Source: an uncultured Gemmatimonadaceae bacterium (GTDB lineage: Bacteria > Gemmatimonadota > Gemmatimonadetes > Gemmatimonadales > Gemmatimonadaceae). From it: a stretch of DNA of 64,000 nt. Below the pieces are notes generated by a model. It was not told where the DNA came from. It ran no database searches and saw nothing but the letters and a program-made list of their open reading frames with translations. The stretch spans positions 1,184,001 to 1,248,000 of the forward strand of contig CAVXGK010000002.1 in assembly GCA_963761305.1 (NCBI GenBank), read 5' to 3'. The translations under genes and the position numbers were made by a program. Positions 22,576-31,574 of the stretch are shown here, in pieces (within the stretch, counting starts at the first letter, position 1; every line of letters starts with the position of its first letter).

Positions 22576-24776
22576 GTGTCTCCGGCGGCGTCGATGGTGA
22601 GGCGGTGCCCGTCCGTCCGCGCGACGATCGTCCCCACCTGATCGGTGCGCAAGACCTGCGCCCCATGCGCCGCGAGACGCGTCATGATGGCCGGCGTGGG
22701 CAGGTGATACGAGTTGCCTGCGCCGACCGACACGAGCGCGAGGCGCGGCGACACCGCGTCGAGAAACCGCTCGCTGCTGCTCGTCTTGCTGCCGTGATGG
22801 CCGACCTTGAGCACGTCCGCGTGGAGCTCGTCGCGCTCGTTCGCCAACAACCACTCCTCCTCCGGCTCCTCGGCGTCGCCCATCATCAGCATGCGAATCT
22901 CGCCGTAGCGCACGAGCACGATGACGCTCGCCAGATTGGGATCGACGAGCGACGCGGTCCACGACGAATCCGGCGCCAGGAACTCGAGCGACACGCCGTC
23001 GATCGCCATCTCGTCGTTGGGATGCGCGCGAACCCAGCGCACGTGGTCGCGCTTCGCGGCGTCGAGTGACGCGCGGTACGCCTCGGCCGGCCCGGGAAAT
23101 CCGGCGTCGACATAGGTCGCCGGGTGCAACGCGTCGAGCACGGCCGCCGCGCCGCCGACATGATCCGTGTGCGGGTGCGACAAGACGAACAGGTCGAGCG
23201 GGCCACCGCGTCGCCCGATGTACGGCACCACAGTCTGATGACCGGCGTCGCCGCCCCGCCACGCGCGTCCCGCATCGACGAGAATCCAGTGCCCGTGCGG
23301 CGTGCGCAGGGCGATCGCGTCGCCCTGCCCGACGTCGATCATGTGCAGCTCGAGCTCGCCATCGCTGGCCGCGGCGACGTGCGACGCGGTGACCGGCAGC
23401 CAGACGAGCATCACCGCCGCCGCGCCGGCGAGCGTCGCCGGGCCACGCCAATCCCGCGACGCACAGGCGACGATGAACGCCGCCGACAGCACCGCCGCGA
23501 TCGCGGCGCAGGCGGGCGTGGGTGAGACGAGAAGAGAAGCGCCCGGCGTCGCCGCTGCGACGGTCGCCACGTGGTCCAGGGTCCCGAGGAGTGGATGGGC
23601 CGCGTCGGCGAGGATCGACGCCAGCGGGTGAATCGGCGCCAGCAGCATGCCGGCGAAGAGCATCGGTTGCGCGAGCTCGATGAGCGGAGTCGCGAGCAGA
23701 TTCGTGATGGGCGCGGCAAGACTGATGCGCCCGAACACCCACGCCACGATCGGCGCCGATCCGACCGTCGCCACGGTGGTGCCCACCAGAATCAGCGCCG
23801 GCGCGCGCGTGAGCGTGGGCAGACGGTGCACGCCGATGCGCTTCGCCAATCGCGCCGCGGCAATCATCGACGTCACGCCGACCACGCTCAGTTGATAGCC
23901 GGCGTCGAGTACGGCGCGCGGATCGACCAGCGGCTGCACCGCGCCGAGCGCGACGATCGCCCAGCGCGACGTCGGACGCTGCGCGAGACGGCTGGTGAGA
24001 AACGCGGAGAGCATCACCGCCGATCGCACGGCGGGAATCGGCGCGCCGATGATCGCGACGTAGAGAACGATGGCGGCGATGGTGATGACGTTGGCGCGCG
24101 CGCGCGGCACGCCGGCGAGTTGCAGGACGATCTCGATCGCCAGCGCGATGATCCCCACGTGCAGTCCGGCGATGGCCAGAATGTGCGCCAGCCCAGCGGC
24201 GGCGAATCGGTCCCGCACTTCGGGCGGCAGCTCGCTGCGATCGGCGATGAGCAGCGCGCGCACGAGCGGCGCGTCGCCGCCAAAGGTGCGATCGATCGCC
24301 CGTCCCGCCGCCTGCCGCCACCGCACGAGAAGCGGCGGCCCACTCGTCACCTTTATGCTCGCGTGATCGACGAGCAACCCGCGCTGCGTTCGCGTGACGT
24401 CTCCGAGAGCCATGACCCTCGCGCCCGCCGGCGCGTCCCCGCTGTCGACGGTGAGCCACGCCCGGCCGCAGCCGATCGCCTCGCCAGACACGTAGCCGCC
24501 CGGGCCGACGCTGTCGTCGACGACGATCGTGAGCGTCGCTCGACGCGGGCGCGTCGTCCCGCACGACGCCGACGCGGCGGTCGTCGCGCGTGCGATACCG
24601 AATCCCGCCGCGACGAGCACGGCGAAGGTCGTCGCGATGACGGGGCCGCGCCGCCAGCCAACGGCCGCCGCAACCGCGACGACGCCGAGCGCCGCGATCA
24701 GCGAGCCTGATGGACCGGCGAAGCCGGTGAGCAATCCGGCGAGATAGCAGCCGAGTGAGAGGACGACGAGCGGCAT
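22533..24776 (-). CDS. comEC: DNA internalization competence protein ComEC/Rec2
   Basis: GLAHILAIAGLHV competence domain; DVGQGD, SHPHTDH and KVGHHGS metallo-beta-lactamase domain. Confidence 0.93.
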   Translation of the reverse strand: MPLVVLSLGCYLAGLLTGFAGPSGSLIAALGVVAVAAAVGWRRGPVIATTFAVLVAAGFGIARATTAASASCGTTRPRRATLTIVVDDSVGPGGYVSGEAIGCGRAWLTVDSGDAPAGARVMALGDVTRTQRGLLVDHASIKVTSGPPLLVRWRQAAGRAIDRTFGGDAPLVRALLIADRSELPPEVRDRFAAAGLAHILAIAGLHVGIIALAIEIVLQLAGVPRARANVITIAAIVLYVAIIGAPIPAVRSAVMLSAFLTSRLAQRPTSRWAIVALGAVQPLVDPRAVLDAGYQLSVVGVTSMIAAARLAKRIGVHRLPTLTRAPALILVGTTVATVGSAPIVAWVFGRISLAAPITNLLATPLIELAQPMLFAGMLLAPIHPLASILADAAHPLLGTLDHVATVAAATPGASLLVSPTPACAAIAAVLSAAFIVACASRDWRGPATLAGAAAVMLVWLPVTASHVAAASDGELELHMIDVGQGDAIALRTPHGHWILVDAGRAWRGGDAGHQTVVPYIGRRGGPLDLFVLSHPHTDHVGGAAAVLDALHPATYVDAGFPGPAEAYRASLDAAKRDHVRWVRAHPNDEMAIDGVSLEFLAPDSSWTASLVDPNLASVIVLVRYGEIRMLMMGDAEEPEEEWLLANERDELHADVLKVGHHGSKTSSSERFLDAVSPRLALVSVGAGNSYHLPTPAIMTRLAAHGAQVLRTDQVGTIVARTDGHRLTIDAAGDTWDLPPRSGESRNP

Positions 24777-24851
24777 GACCCGCCCAATGTCGCGCCGGTG
24801 CCGGCAGTCACTCTCACCTATTCATTGCGCGCCGCGCAAATCAACGCGGGG

Positions 24852-26192
24852 TCAGACGGCCAGCGGCAACGGCCTCCGCTCCGCGACGATCTGCCCCGTG
24901 AACGTGGAGCCGGTCGTCCCGGTGAGCTCGACGGTCGCGTACGTCCCCAGCATGCTGGCGTCGCCGGGGATCATCACCGTCTTGAAGTCGCGCGTGCGCG
25001 ACATCAACAGCTCGCCGCCGCGCCGAGCTTCGCGCTCGATCAACACTTCGTGGCGCTTGCCGAGCTGGTTCATGTTCGTGGCGCGCGAGATGCCGCGAAT
25101 CGTCTCGACGAGCCGCGCCAACCGCTCGCTCGCCACCTCGTCGCTCACCGTCAGCTCGGCGGGCATCCGCGTCGCGGGCGTTCCATCGCGCGGCGAGAAC
25201 TTGAACGTGAACCCGTCGGCGAAGACGACGTCACGCACGACGTCGAGCGTCTCCTCGAAATCCTCGTCGGTCTCGCCCGGAAAGCCGACGATCACGTCGG
25301 TCGTCAACGTCAGTCCCGGAATCGCCGCACGCAGTTTGGCGACGCACTCGAGGTAGCCCTCGCGCGAATAGCGCCGCAGCATGCGCTTGAGCACGCGGGT
25401 CGACCCCGACTGCATCGGCAGATGCACGTGCTCGCACACCGTGTCGACCTCGGCGACCGCCTCGATCACGCGATCGGAGAAGTCGTTCGGGTGTGGGCTG
25501 GTGAAGCGAACCCGGCGGATGCCGTCGACTTGGCCGACGGCACGCAATAGATCGGCGAAATCGAACTCGCCGTCGTGATACGAATTCACCGTCTGGCCGA
25601 GCAGCACGACTTCGGACATTCCCTCGGCGACGACTGCTTCGACCTCTCGCACGACGTCGGCGAGCCGGCGGCTCCGCTCGGCGCCGCGCGTCGTCGGCAC
25701 GATGCAGTACGTGCAGCGGTAATCGCAGCCGCGCTGCACGGGAATCCACGCCTTCACCTTGTCGAAGCGACGCGGCTGGAAGTCCTCGTAGTGCTCCTCG
25801 AGGTCGAACGTGGTGGCGATCGTGCGCTCACCCGCGCGCGCGCGGTCGATCAATTCCGGCAGCGCGCGATAGCCGTCGGGGCCGATGACGATGCTGACGT
25901 GCTTGGCTTTCGTGAGCAGCTGCGGCCCGAGTCGTTGCGCCATGCAGCCCGTGACCCCCACGACCGACCCCGGCTTCATGTTCCGCTTCAACTCGCCGAG
26001 CCGCCCGATCACCCGCTGCTCGGCGTGGTCTCGAATCGCGCACGTGTTGACGAGAATCACGTCCGCGCCGTCGGGCTGATCCACCGCCTCGTAACCGTGC
26101 GCCGCGAGCTTGCCGAGCATCAGCTCGGAATCGCTCACGTTCATCTGGCAACCGTACGTCTCGACGTAGACGGTGGGGCGCGGGTCAGTCAT
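24852..26192 (-). CDS. miaB: tRNA-i6A37 methylthiotransferase
   Basis: TYGCQMNVSDS, NTCAIR, GCMAQR, CDYRCTYC, HLPMQSGS, C-terminal TRAM-like region. Confidence 0.95.
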   Translation of the reverse strand: MTDPRPTVYVETYGCQMNVSDSELMLGKLAAHGYEAVDQPDGADVILVNTCAIRDHAEQRVIGRLGELKRNMKPGSVVGVTGCMAQRLGPQLLTKAKHVSIVIGPDGYRALPELIDRARAGERTIATTFDLEEHYEDFQPRRFDKVKAWIPVQRGCDYRCTYCIVPTTRGAERSRRLADVVREVEAVVAEGMSEVVLLGQTVNSYHDGEFDFADLLRAVGQVDGIRRVRFTSPHPNDFSDRVIEAVAEVDTVCEHVHLPMQSGSTRVLKRMLRRYSREGYLECVAKLRAAIPGLTLTTDVIVGFPGETDEDFEETLDVVRDVVFADGFTFKFSPRDGTPATRMPAELTVSDEVASERLARLVETIRGISRATNMNQLGKRHEVLIEREARRGGELLMSRTRDFKTVMIPGDASMLGTYATVELTGTTGSTFTGQIVAERRPLPLAV

Positions 26193-27477
26193 GGCCGGTG
26201 GAAGTTACGGCGCCGGCAGCTCGCGCGCTCGTCTCGGACGCCGCGTGCAGTATCCCACCACTGGCAATCAGCCGGGCGGAGAACCGATGTCCTCGGGGCA
26301 ATGAGGAATCCGGAATTCGCACGTCGAGATAGTCGCCGGTCATTCCACCGCGGTCGGCGCCGCTGCCGATGACGATGATGTCAGCCAGTCCGCCCAAACG
26401 CGCCGACACGTAGGCCGCCGCCTTTCTCCGGCCGGCGTCACGCAACTCCGCGGCGCGCCCGGCAATCGCCGACTGCTGCACGGTCGCGCCGAGCCGCTCG
26501 GCCGCGGTGCCGGGACGCGGCGAATACGGGAACACGTGCAGATACGTGAACGGCAGATCCTCGACTAGGCGCAGCGTCGCGGCGTGATCGTCATCCGTCT
26601 CGCCCGGGAATCCGGCGATGACGTCGGCGCCGAGGCCGAGGATCGGCATCCGGTCTGCGAGTCGCTCGACCGCCGCCCCGTAGGTCGCGCGCGTGTACCA
26701 GTGACGGCCCATGCGTCGCAATACACGATCGGATCCGGACTGCAGCGGCGCGTGCACGTGGGGCGCGAGACGATGCGGGGCGGCGGCGAGCAATTCGACC
26801 AGCCGCTCGTCCAGCTCCGTCGCTTCGATCGACGAGAGTCGAAACCGCACGACCGGCACGTCGCCGACGAGCCGCTCCATCAATTCGCCGAGCGAATGTC
26901 CGATGTCCGCGCCGTACGTGCCGATGTGAATCCCGGTGATCACGATCTCCGGATGCCGCTCGGCGAGCAGCGACGCTTCATGCACCAACTCATCGATCGG
27001 CCGGCCCCGATTCGCACCGCGGGCGAGCGTCGTCGCGCAGAAGGTGCAGTGCTCGTCGCACCCGTCCTGGATGCGCAGCAGCGCGCGCGTTCCGGATTGG
27101 GTCGACGTACGAGCCTCGAGCGGACGATGCGCGATGCCCAGCGCTCGCGCGACACCGTCGAGGTCAGCGCCCGCGATCACACCGTCGACGCTCGGTAGCG
27201 ACGCGATGCGCAACGCCGCCGGCCGCGCGTCGTCGAGCGCCGCGGCGCAGCCCATCACGATGCTGCGCAGCCCCGTCCGTTCGCGGGCGCTCTTGCGCAC
27301 GGCCTTTCGCAACTCGGCCTCGGCCTCGGACGTCACCGCGCAGCTGTTGAACACCGCGGCGTCGGCGTCGGCGGCGCGGGCGACGACGGCGTGGCCGTTC
27401 GCCTCGACCATCGCCCGAACCGCTTCGCTGTCGTAGTGGTTCGCGCGGCACCCGAAGGTGCGCAGGTAGACCTTCAC
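26185..27477 (-). CDS. mtaB: MtaB-like radical SAM methylthiotransferase
   Basis: GTG 27477; TFGCRANHYDS, NSCAVT, RIQDGCDEHCTFC, RLSSIE, HVFPYSPRPGT. Confidence 0.85.
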   Translation of the reverse strand: MKVYLRTFGCRANHYDSEAVRAMVEANGHAVVARAADADAAVFNSCAVTSEAEAELRKAVRKSARERTGLRSIVMGCAAALDDARPAALRIASLPSVDGVIAGADLDGVARALGIAHRPLEARTSTQSGTRALLRIQDGCDEHCTFCATTLARGANRGRPIDELVHEASLLAERHPEIVITGIHIGTYGADIGHSLGELMERLVGDVPVVRFRLSSIEATELDERLVELLAAAPHRLAPHVHAPLQSGSDRVLRRMGRHWYTRATYGAAVERLADRMPILGLGADVIAGFPGETDDDHAATLRLVEDLPFTYLHVFPYSPRPGTAAERLGATVQQSAIAGRAAELRDAGRRKAAAYVSARLGGLADIIVIGSGADRGGMTGDYLDVRIPDSSLPRGHRFSARLIASGGILHAASETSARAAGAVTSTGHD

Positions 27478-28676
27478 ACCGGCACCGCTCCGGCCATCGT
27501 CACACGCACTTCGCTGTGCACGGGCTTGGCGGGCAGAGTGAAGTGGAACGCGCTGCCCTGCCCTTCGCCGGCACTCTGCACCCAGATCTTTCCGCCGTGC
27601 GCGTCGACGACGAGCTTGCAGAACGCGAGCCCGAGTCCCGAGCTGCGCGTGCTGGGCACGTTCTGATTCTTCACCCGTTCGAATTTGCGGAAGATGACTT
27701 CGTGATACTCGGACGGGATGCCGGGGCCGTTGTCGGCGACGGTGAACAGAATTCCCTCGCCGTCGCGCCGCGCCGCCAAATGGAGCTTGATCGCGTTGGC
27801 CGAATGCGTGAGCGCGTTCTGGACGAGATTGCCGAGCACGCGCTTGAGCAGCCCCTTGTCGGCTTCGAAGACCGGCGCGTCGTCGCTCGCGTCGATCACT
27901 GCCGTCGCGCCTTCCTGCTGGAAGCGGATCGTCCACTCGTGGGCGACTTCGTTGAGCAACGCGGCGGGGGCGATCGGCTGCAGGTCGAGCGACATGGTCG
28001 CTTCCTCGATGCGCGACACCTCGAGCAGGTCGCCGATCAGCGCCAGCAGATCCTCGGCCTTGCCTTCGGCGTCGGCGAGCATCTTGCGCTGCTCGTCGCG
28101 CAGCGAGCCGAAGTCGCCGTCGATCATCATCTCGAGCGTGGCCAGCACCGACGTGAGCGGCGTCTTGAGGTCGTGGACGATCATCTTCATCAGATCGTCG
28201 CGCATCTTCTCGACCTCGCGCAGCTTGCGCAGCGTGTCCTCGAGCGAGTCGGTAGCCGCCTTGAGCTTGAGCAGGCTGCGCACGCGCGCGCCGAGCACGA
28301 GGCGGTTGTGCGGCTTGGTGAGGAAATCGTCGCCGCCCGCCTCGATCGCCTTGATCCGGTCGGTCGTGTCGTTGAGCGCCGTGACGAAGATGACGGGAAT
28401 GCTCTTCGTGCGCGGGTCGCGCTTGATGCGACGGCACACCTCGAACCCGGTGGAACGATCGTCGACGCCGAGGTCGCCCGCCGGCATCGAGACGTCGAGA
28501 ATGCACAGATCCGGACGTCGCTCGAAGCACATGGCTAGCGCCGACGGGCCGTCGGCCGCGGCGATCGCACGAAACCCCAACACGTGGAGTTGATCGAACA
28601 ACAACTCCACGTTCGCCGGCACGTCGTCGGCGACGAGAATCAGCGGGGCGTTTGCGGGCGGGCTGGTGTTCTCCAC
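27474..28676 (-). CDS. Cytoplasmic hybrid receiver-histidine kinase (REC-HisKA-HATPase)
   Basis: VADD...LDVSMP...TA...KP receiver; VHDLKTPL H-box; NLVQNA, DNGPGI, GLGLAF. Confidence 0.93.
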   Translation of the reverse strand: MENTSPPANAPLILVADDVPANVELLFDQLHVLGFRAIAAADGPSALAMCFERRPDLCILDVSMPAGDLGVDDRSTGFEVCRRIKRDPRTKSIPVIFVTALNDTTDRIKAIEAGGDDFLTKPHNRLVLGARVRSLLKLKAATDSLEDTLRKLREVEKMRDDLMKMIVHDLKTPLTSVLATLEMMIDGDFGSLRDEQRKMLADAEGKAEDLLALIGDLLEVSRIEEATMSLDLQPIAPAALLNEVAHEWTIRFQQEGATAVIDASDDAPVFEADKGLLKRVLGNLVQNALTHSANAIKLHLAARRDGEGILFTVADNGPGIPSEYHEVIFRKFERVKNQNVPSTRSSGLGLAFCKLVVDAHGGKIWVQSAGEGQGSAFHFTLPAKPVHSEVRVTMAGAVPV

Positions 28677-28686
28677 GATGCGATGG

Positions 28687-29844
28687 TCATGGACGGACGC
28701 TGAGGCCTAGGCTGATCGTCCACGCGCTCTCCGTTGCGTTCAGGTCGGCGCTCCGGCGCGAGTAGACCACGGCAAGATCGCTCAACATGCGGCCGTTCGC
28801 GAACAGCGTCCCGATTCCGGTGTTGATGCTCTTTTCCGTGACCGTGTTCGCGCTGGCCGTGAAGGGGAGCGTGCGGTCGCGCAGCCCGGCGCGGAAGAAC
28901 AGCGGCCGCGACGCCAGCGTCGGCCCGGCCACGTCCGCGCCGATACTCGTGTCCCAGCCGTCGACGCCCCGCAAGTTCGGGCTGCCGAGGCCACCGAGGG
29001 CGGCCCAATCGTCGTGCGACGTCCGCACCGAAATATAGGAGTTCGCGATGCCGGTGTAGGTGACGGAACCGCCGAACCGATTCGGCACGCGCGCGTGCGT
29101 CAGCGTGGTGTCGCCGGACGACATCGTCAGCATCCCACCCTGCCGCGCCGAGACGGCGAACGTCACGTCCTTGGCGAGGAACTGCGCGCCGACGGAAGCC
29201 GCCGTGCCGCTGAAGCTCAGAATGCGCTGCTCCTGCGACACCGCGAACGCCACCGTGTCGTTGAACGACTGCTGCACGGTCACGAGGTTGTGCCCCGCGA
29301 TGCCGTGCAGTCCGACGCCGAACTTGAACCAGGTCGTCGGCGACCAACCTACGGCCAGGCGCACGTCGTTCATTGCCCCCTGGATGTTGAACTTCGTCGT
29401 CATCAGCACCGAATCGATCGGCGTGAGGACCTGCGGCGCCGTGAACACGGTCGTCGAGGTGCGATCGAGCAGCGTCGACGACCCGAGGCTCATGACCGCG
29501 CCGCCGAAGATGGGAATCGCGCCGAAGACGTTCGGGTAGCGGTCGGTCCGCGTGTGGTCATCGCCGCTCGGCGAGCTGATCGTGCGAAATTCGGGTTCGG
29601 CCTGGAAATACACGATGCGCGACGTGAGCAGCGAGACGCTCGCCGGATTGATCGGCGAGAGCGGATCGATCTCGCCGAGGGAGCCTCCCGTGCCGAGCGC
29701 GCGGCTGCTCAACTGTCCGGTGGGAAAGCCGAATCCCTGGAGACTGAGGCTCGCCTGCGCCGCCGCACGCGTCGCGAGACCACCGGTGGCCACCAGCGTG
29801 GCGATTGCCACGCGTGTCAGGGCGCTCGAGGGATGTCGTCTCAT
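28687..29844 (-). CDS. Putative outer-membrane beta-barrel protein (FadL/OmpP1-like N-terminus)
   Basis: ATG 29844; signal peptide ending AAA-Q; SRALGTGG...INPAS motif; C-terminal WTISLGLSVRP strand. Confidence 0.7.
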   Translation of the reverse strand: MRRHPSSALTRVAIATLVATGGLATRAAAQASLSLQGFGFPTGQLSSRALGTGGSLGEIDPLSPINPASVSLLTSRIVYFQAEPEFRTISSPSGDDHTRTDRYPNVFGAIPIFGGAVMSLGSSTLLDRTSTTVFTAPQVLTPIDSVLMTTKFNIQGAMNDVRLAVGWSPTTWFKFGVGLHGIAGHNLVTVQQSFNDTVAFAVSQEQRILSFSGTAASVGAQFLAKDVTFAVSARQGGMLTMSSGDTTLTHARVPNRFGGSVTYTGIANSYISVRTSHDDWAALGGLGSPNLRGVDGWDTSIGADVAGPTLASRPLFFRAGLRDRTLPFTASANTVTEKSINTGIGTLFANGRMLSDLAVVYSRRSADLNATESAWTISLGLSVRP

Positions 29845-31133
29845 CACGGTAATCCGAAGTTGCTCGCGGGTACGTAGGTGATGCGGAGCCGCGGTCGCAA
29901 CCCCACGGGAGCGCGGGTCGAATAGAAATCGATCTGAGCCGGTCGCTGCGCCTCGACCCCGCTGAGCAGCGCGATGGCGCGTTGTGCCGACGTGGCCGGT
30001 TGCTGCTTCCACAGACGAGTGAGGCCGACGATCTCGAACGATCTCACGCCGCTGTCGCTCGGCACCAGCGAGAGCGAATCGAGACCGAACTCTCCCGCGT
30101 TGCCGACGAACTGCAGCAGCGACGAGATGTCGGTGACTGTCGGGCTCGAGAGGATGGCGACGGGAAATACTTTCACTGAATCCTTCGTGTCCACGAAGCG
30201 ATTAGGGGCTTGCGTCAGCAGCAGCGACGCACGCACGATCGTCGTCGAGTCGATGATGTGCGCCGGGATGTTGAACCGCAGGAACGTCCGCCGCGAGGGT
30301 GGACCGCCCACGCTGAGCAACGTCGGATTCCCCGGCACCGCGCCTTTGACGAGAATACTGAAGTCCGCCAGCGGACCCGAGAGAAAAAGTTGATTCGTCG
30401 GCGTCGTGGAGATCGGCGTCACGACCACGGGCGTGGCGGCCGTGTCCTTCGATGCCTTGATGCGCAGCGCGACACCCAAGCCACCCGTCGACGATCCGAC
30501 CCGAATGTCGAAACCGGGCCGCGCCACCAATCGCAGTCCCACGCGGAGCTTCGTGCCGTTCTTGATGCGGTCGAGAACGGTGTCCGTCGAGATTGGAATG
30601 AACAGCGTGTCGGTGAGCGACTCAGGCGCGAACGTCTTGCTGCCGAGGAAGCGATCCGGGCGGAAGAGCGCGCCGAGGATCGAGGCGACCGTATCGGTCG
30701 CCGCGGTGTCCACGTCGTACGCTTCGATCGTCACCGGCGTCGACGGCCGCCGCAGCGTGTCGTCCGGCGCGAGCGGCACCACGAGTTCGGCGCTGTCCAC
30801 CTCGGTGATCGTGCTATCCGTCGAGCTGGCGCCGGTGAACGTGCTCGTGATCGTGTCGTAGCGGATGATCGCGCGGCTGTCGAGCGTGTCACCGTGCGAC
30901 GACAACATCAAGAACCCTTCGTTGCCGATCGAGGGAATGCCGAGGACGGTCGTGTCGCCGAATACAGGGTCCAGCATCGTGTCCTTGAGCGAGACCACCT
31001 GCTCCGGACACAGCATCGGGCACGACCTGCCGGCGCTGAGGTTGTCGCTGCACGCGACAGCAATCGTCAACGTCGACGCGACGATACCGAGTAGGACCGC
31101 GCGCTTATTCTGAAAAAGCAACTTTCCGGTCAT
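29844..31133 (-). CDS. Hypothetical beta-rich lipoprotein
   Basis: Lipobox IAVA-C; C-terminal FYST...RPRLRITY; stop overlaps the next start (TGATG). Confidence 0.7.
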   Translation of the reverse strand: MTGKLLFQNKRAVLLGIVASTLTIAVACSDNLSAGRSCPMLCPEQVVSLKDTMLDPVFGDTTVLGIPSIGNEGFLMLSSHGDTLDSRAIIRYDTITSTFTGASSTDSTITEVDSAELVVPLAPDDTLRRPSTPVTIEAYDVDTAATDTVASILGALFRPDRFLGSKTFAPESLTDTLFIPISTDTVLDRIKNGTKLRVGLRLVARPGFDIRVGSSTGGLGVALRIKASKDTAATPVVVTPISTTPTNQLFLSGPLADFSILVKGAVPGNPTLLSVGGPPSRRTFLRFNIPAHIIDSTTIVRASLLLTQAPNRFVDTKDSVKVFPVAILSSPTVTDISSLLQFVGNAGEFGLDSLSLVPSDSGVRSFEIVGLTRLWKQQPATSAQRAIALLSGVEAQRPAQIDFYSTRAPVGLRPRLRITYVPASNFGLP

Positions 31134-31573
31134 CGCCGGTGGAGGGAATTCGTGGTGAAGGCTTTCGGGAGAAGCTCGTCGAGCGTCCAGCGGGCCTCGC
31201 GGCCGTCACGGGTCATCGATACGACGAGCAGGTGGGGGGAGAACTCCTCCAGCACCTGGCGGCACATGCCGCACGGGGGAGTCGGATCTTCGGCTTCCGT
31301 CGCGATCACGACCGCCTCGAACCGCTGATTGCCACGCGCCACGGCCGCGGCCACCGCGCTGCGTTCCGCGCAGATGCCGGCCGGATATGACGCGTTTTCG
31401 ACGTTGCACCCTTCGGCGACGCTGCCGTCGCTAGACAGTAGCGCGACGCCGACGCGAAAACTCGAATAGGGCGCGTAGGCCCGCTCCATCGCCGCGAAGG
31501 CACGCTCGCGGAGCATGGTCAGGGTGCGTTCGTCGCCGGTCGGTTCGACGCCCGGCCGTTGCTCAACCGCCAT
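31130..31573 (-). CDS. cdd: Cytidine deaminase (homotetrameric type)
   Basis: AYAPYSSFRVG, GCNVENASY, CAERSA, PPCGMCRQ. Confidence 0.95.
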   Translation of the reverse strand: MAVEQRPGVEPTGDERTLTMLRERAFAAMERAYAPYSSFRVGVALLSSDGSVAEGCNVENASYPAGICAERSAVAAAVARGNQRFEAVVIATEAEDPTPPCGMCRQVLEEFSPHLLVVSMTRDGREARWTLDELLPKAFTTNSLHRR

Positions 31574-31574
31574 G

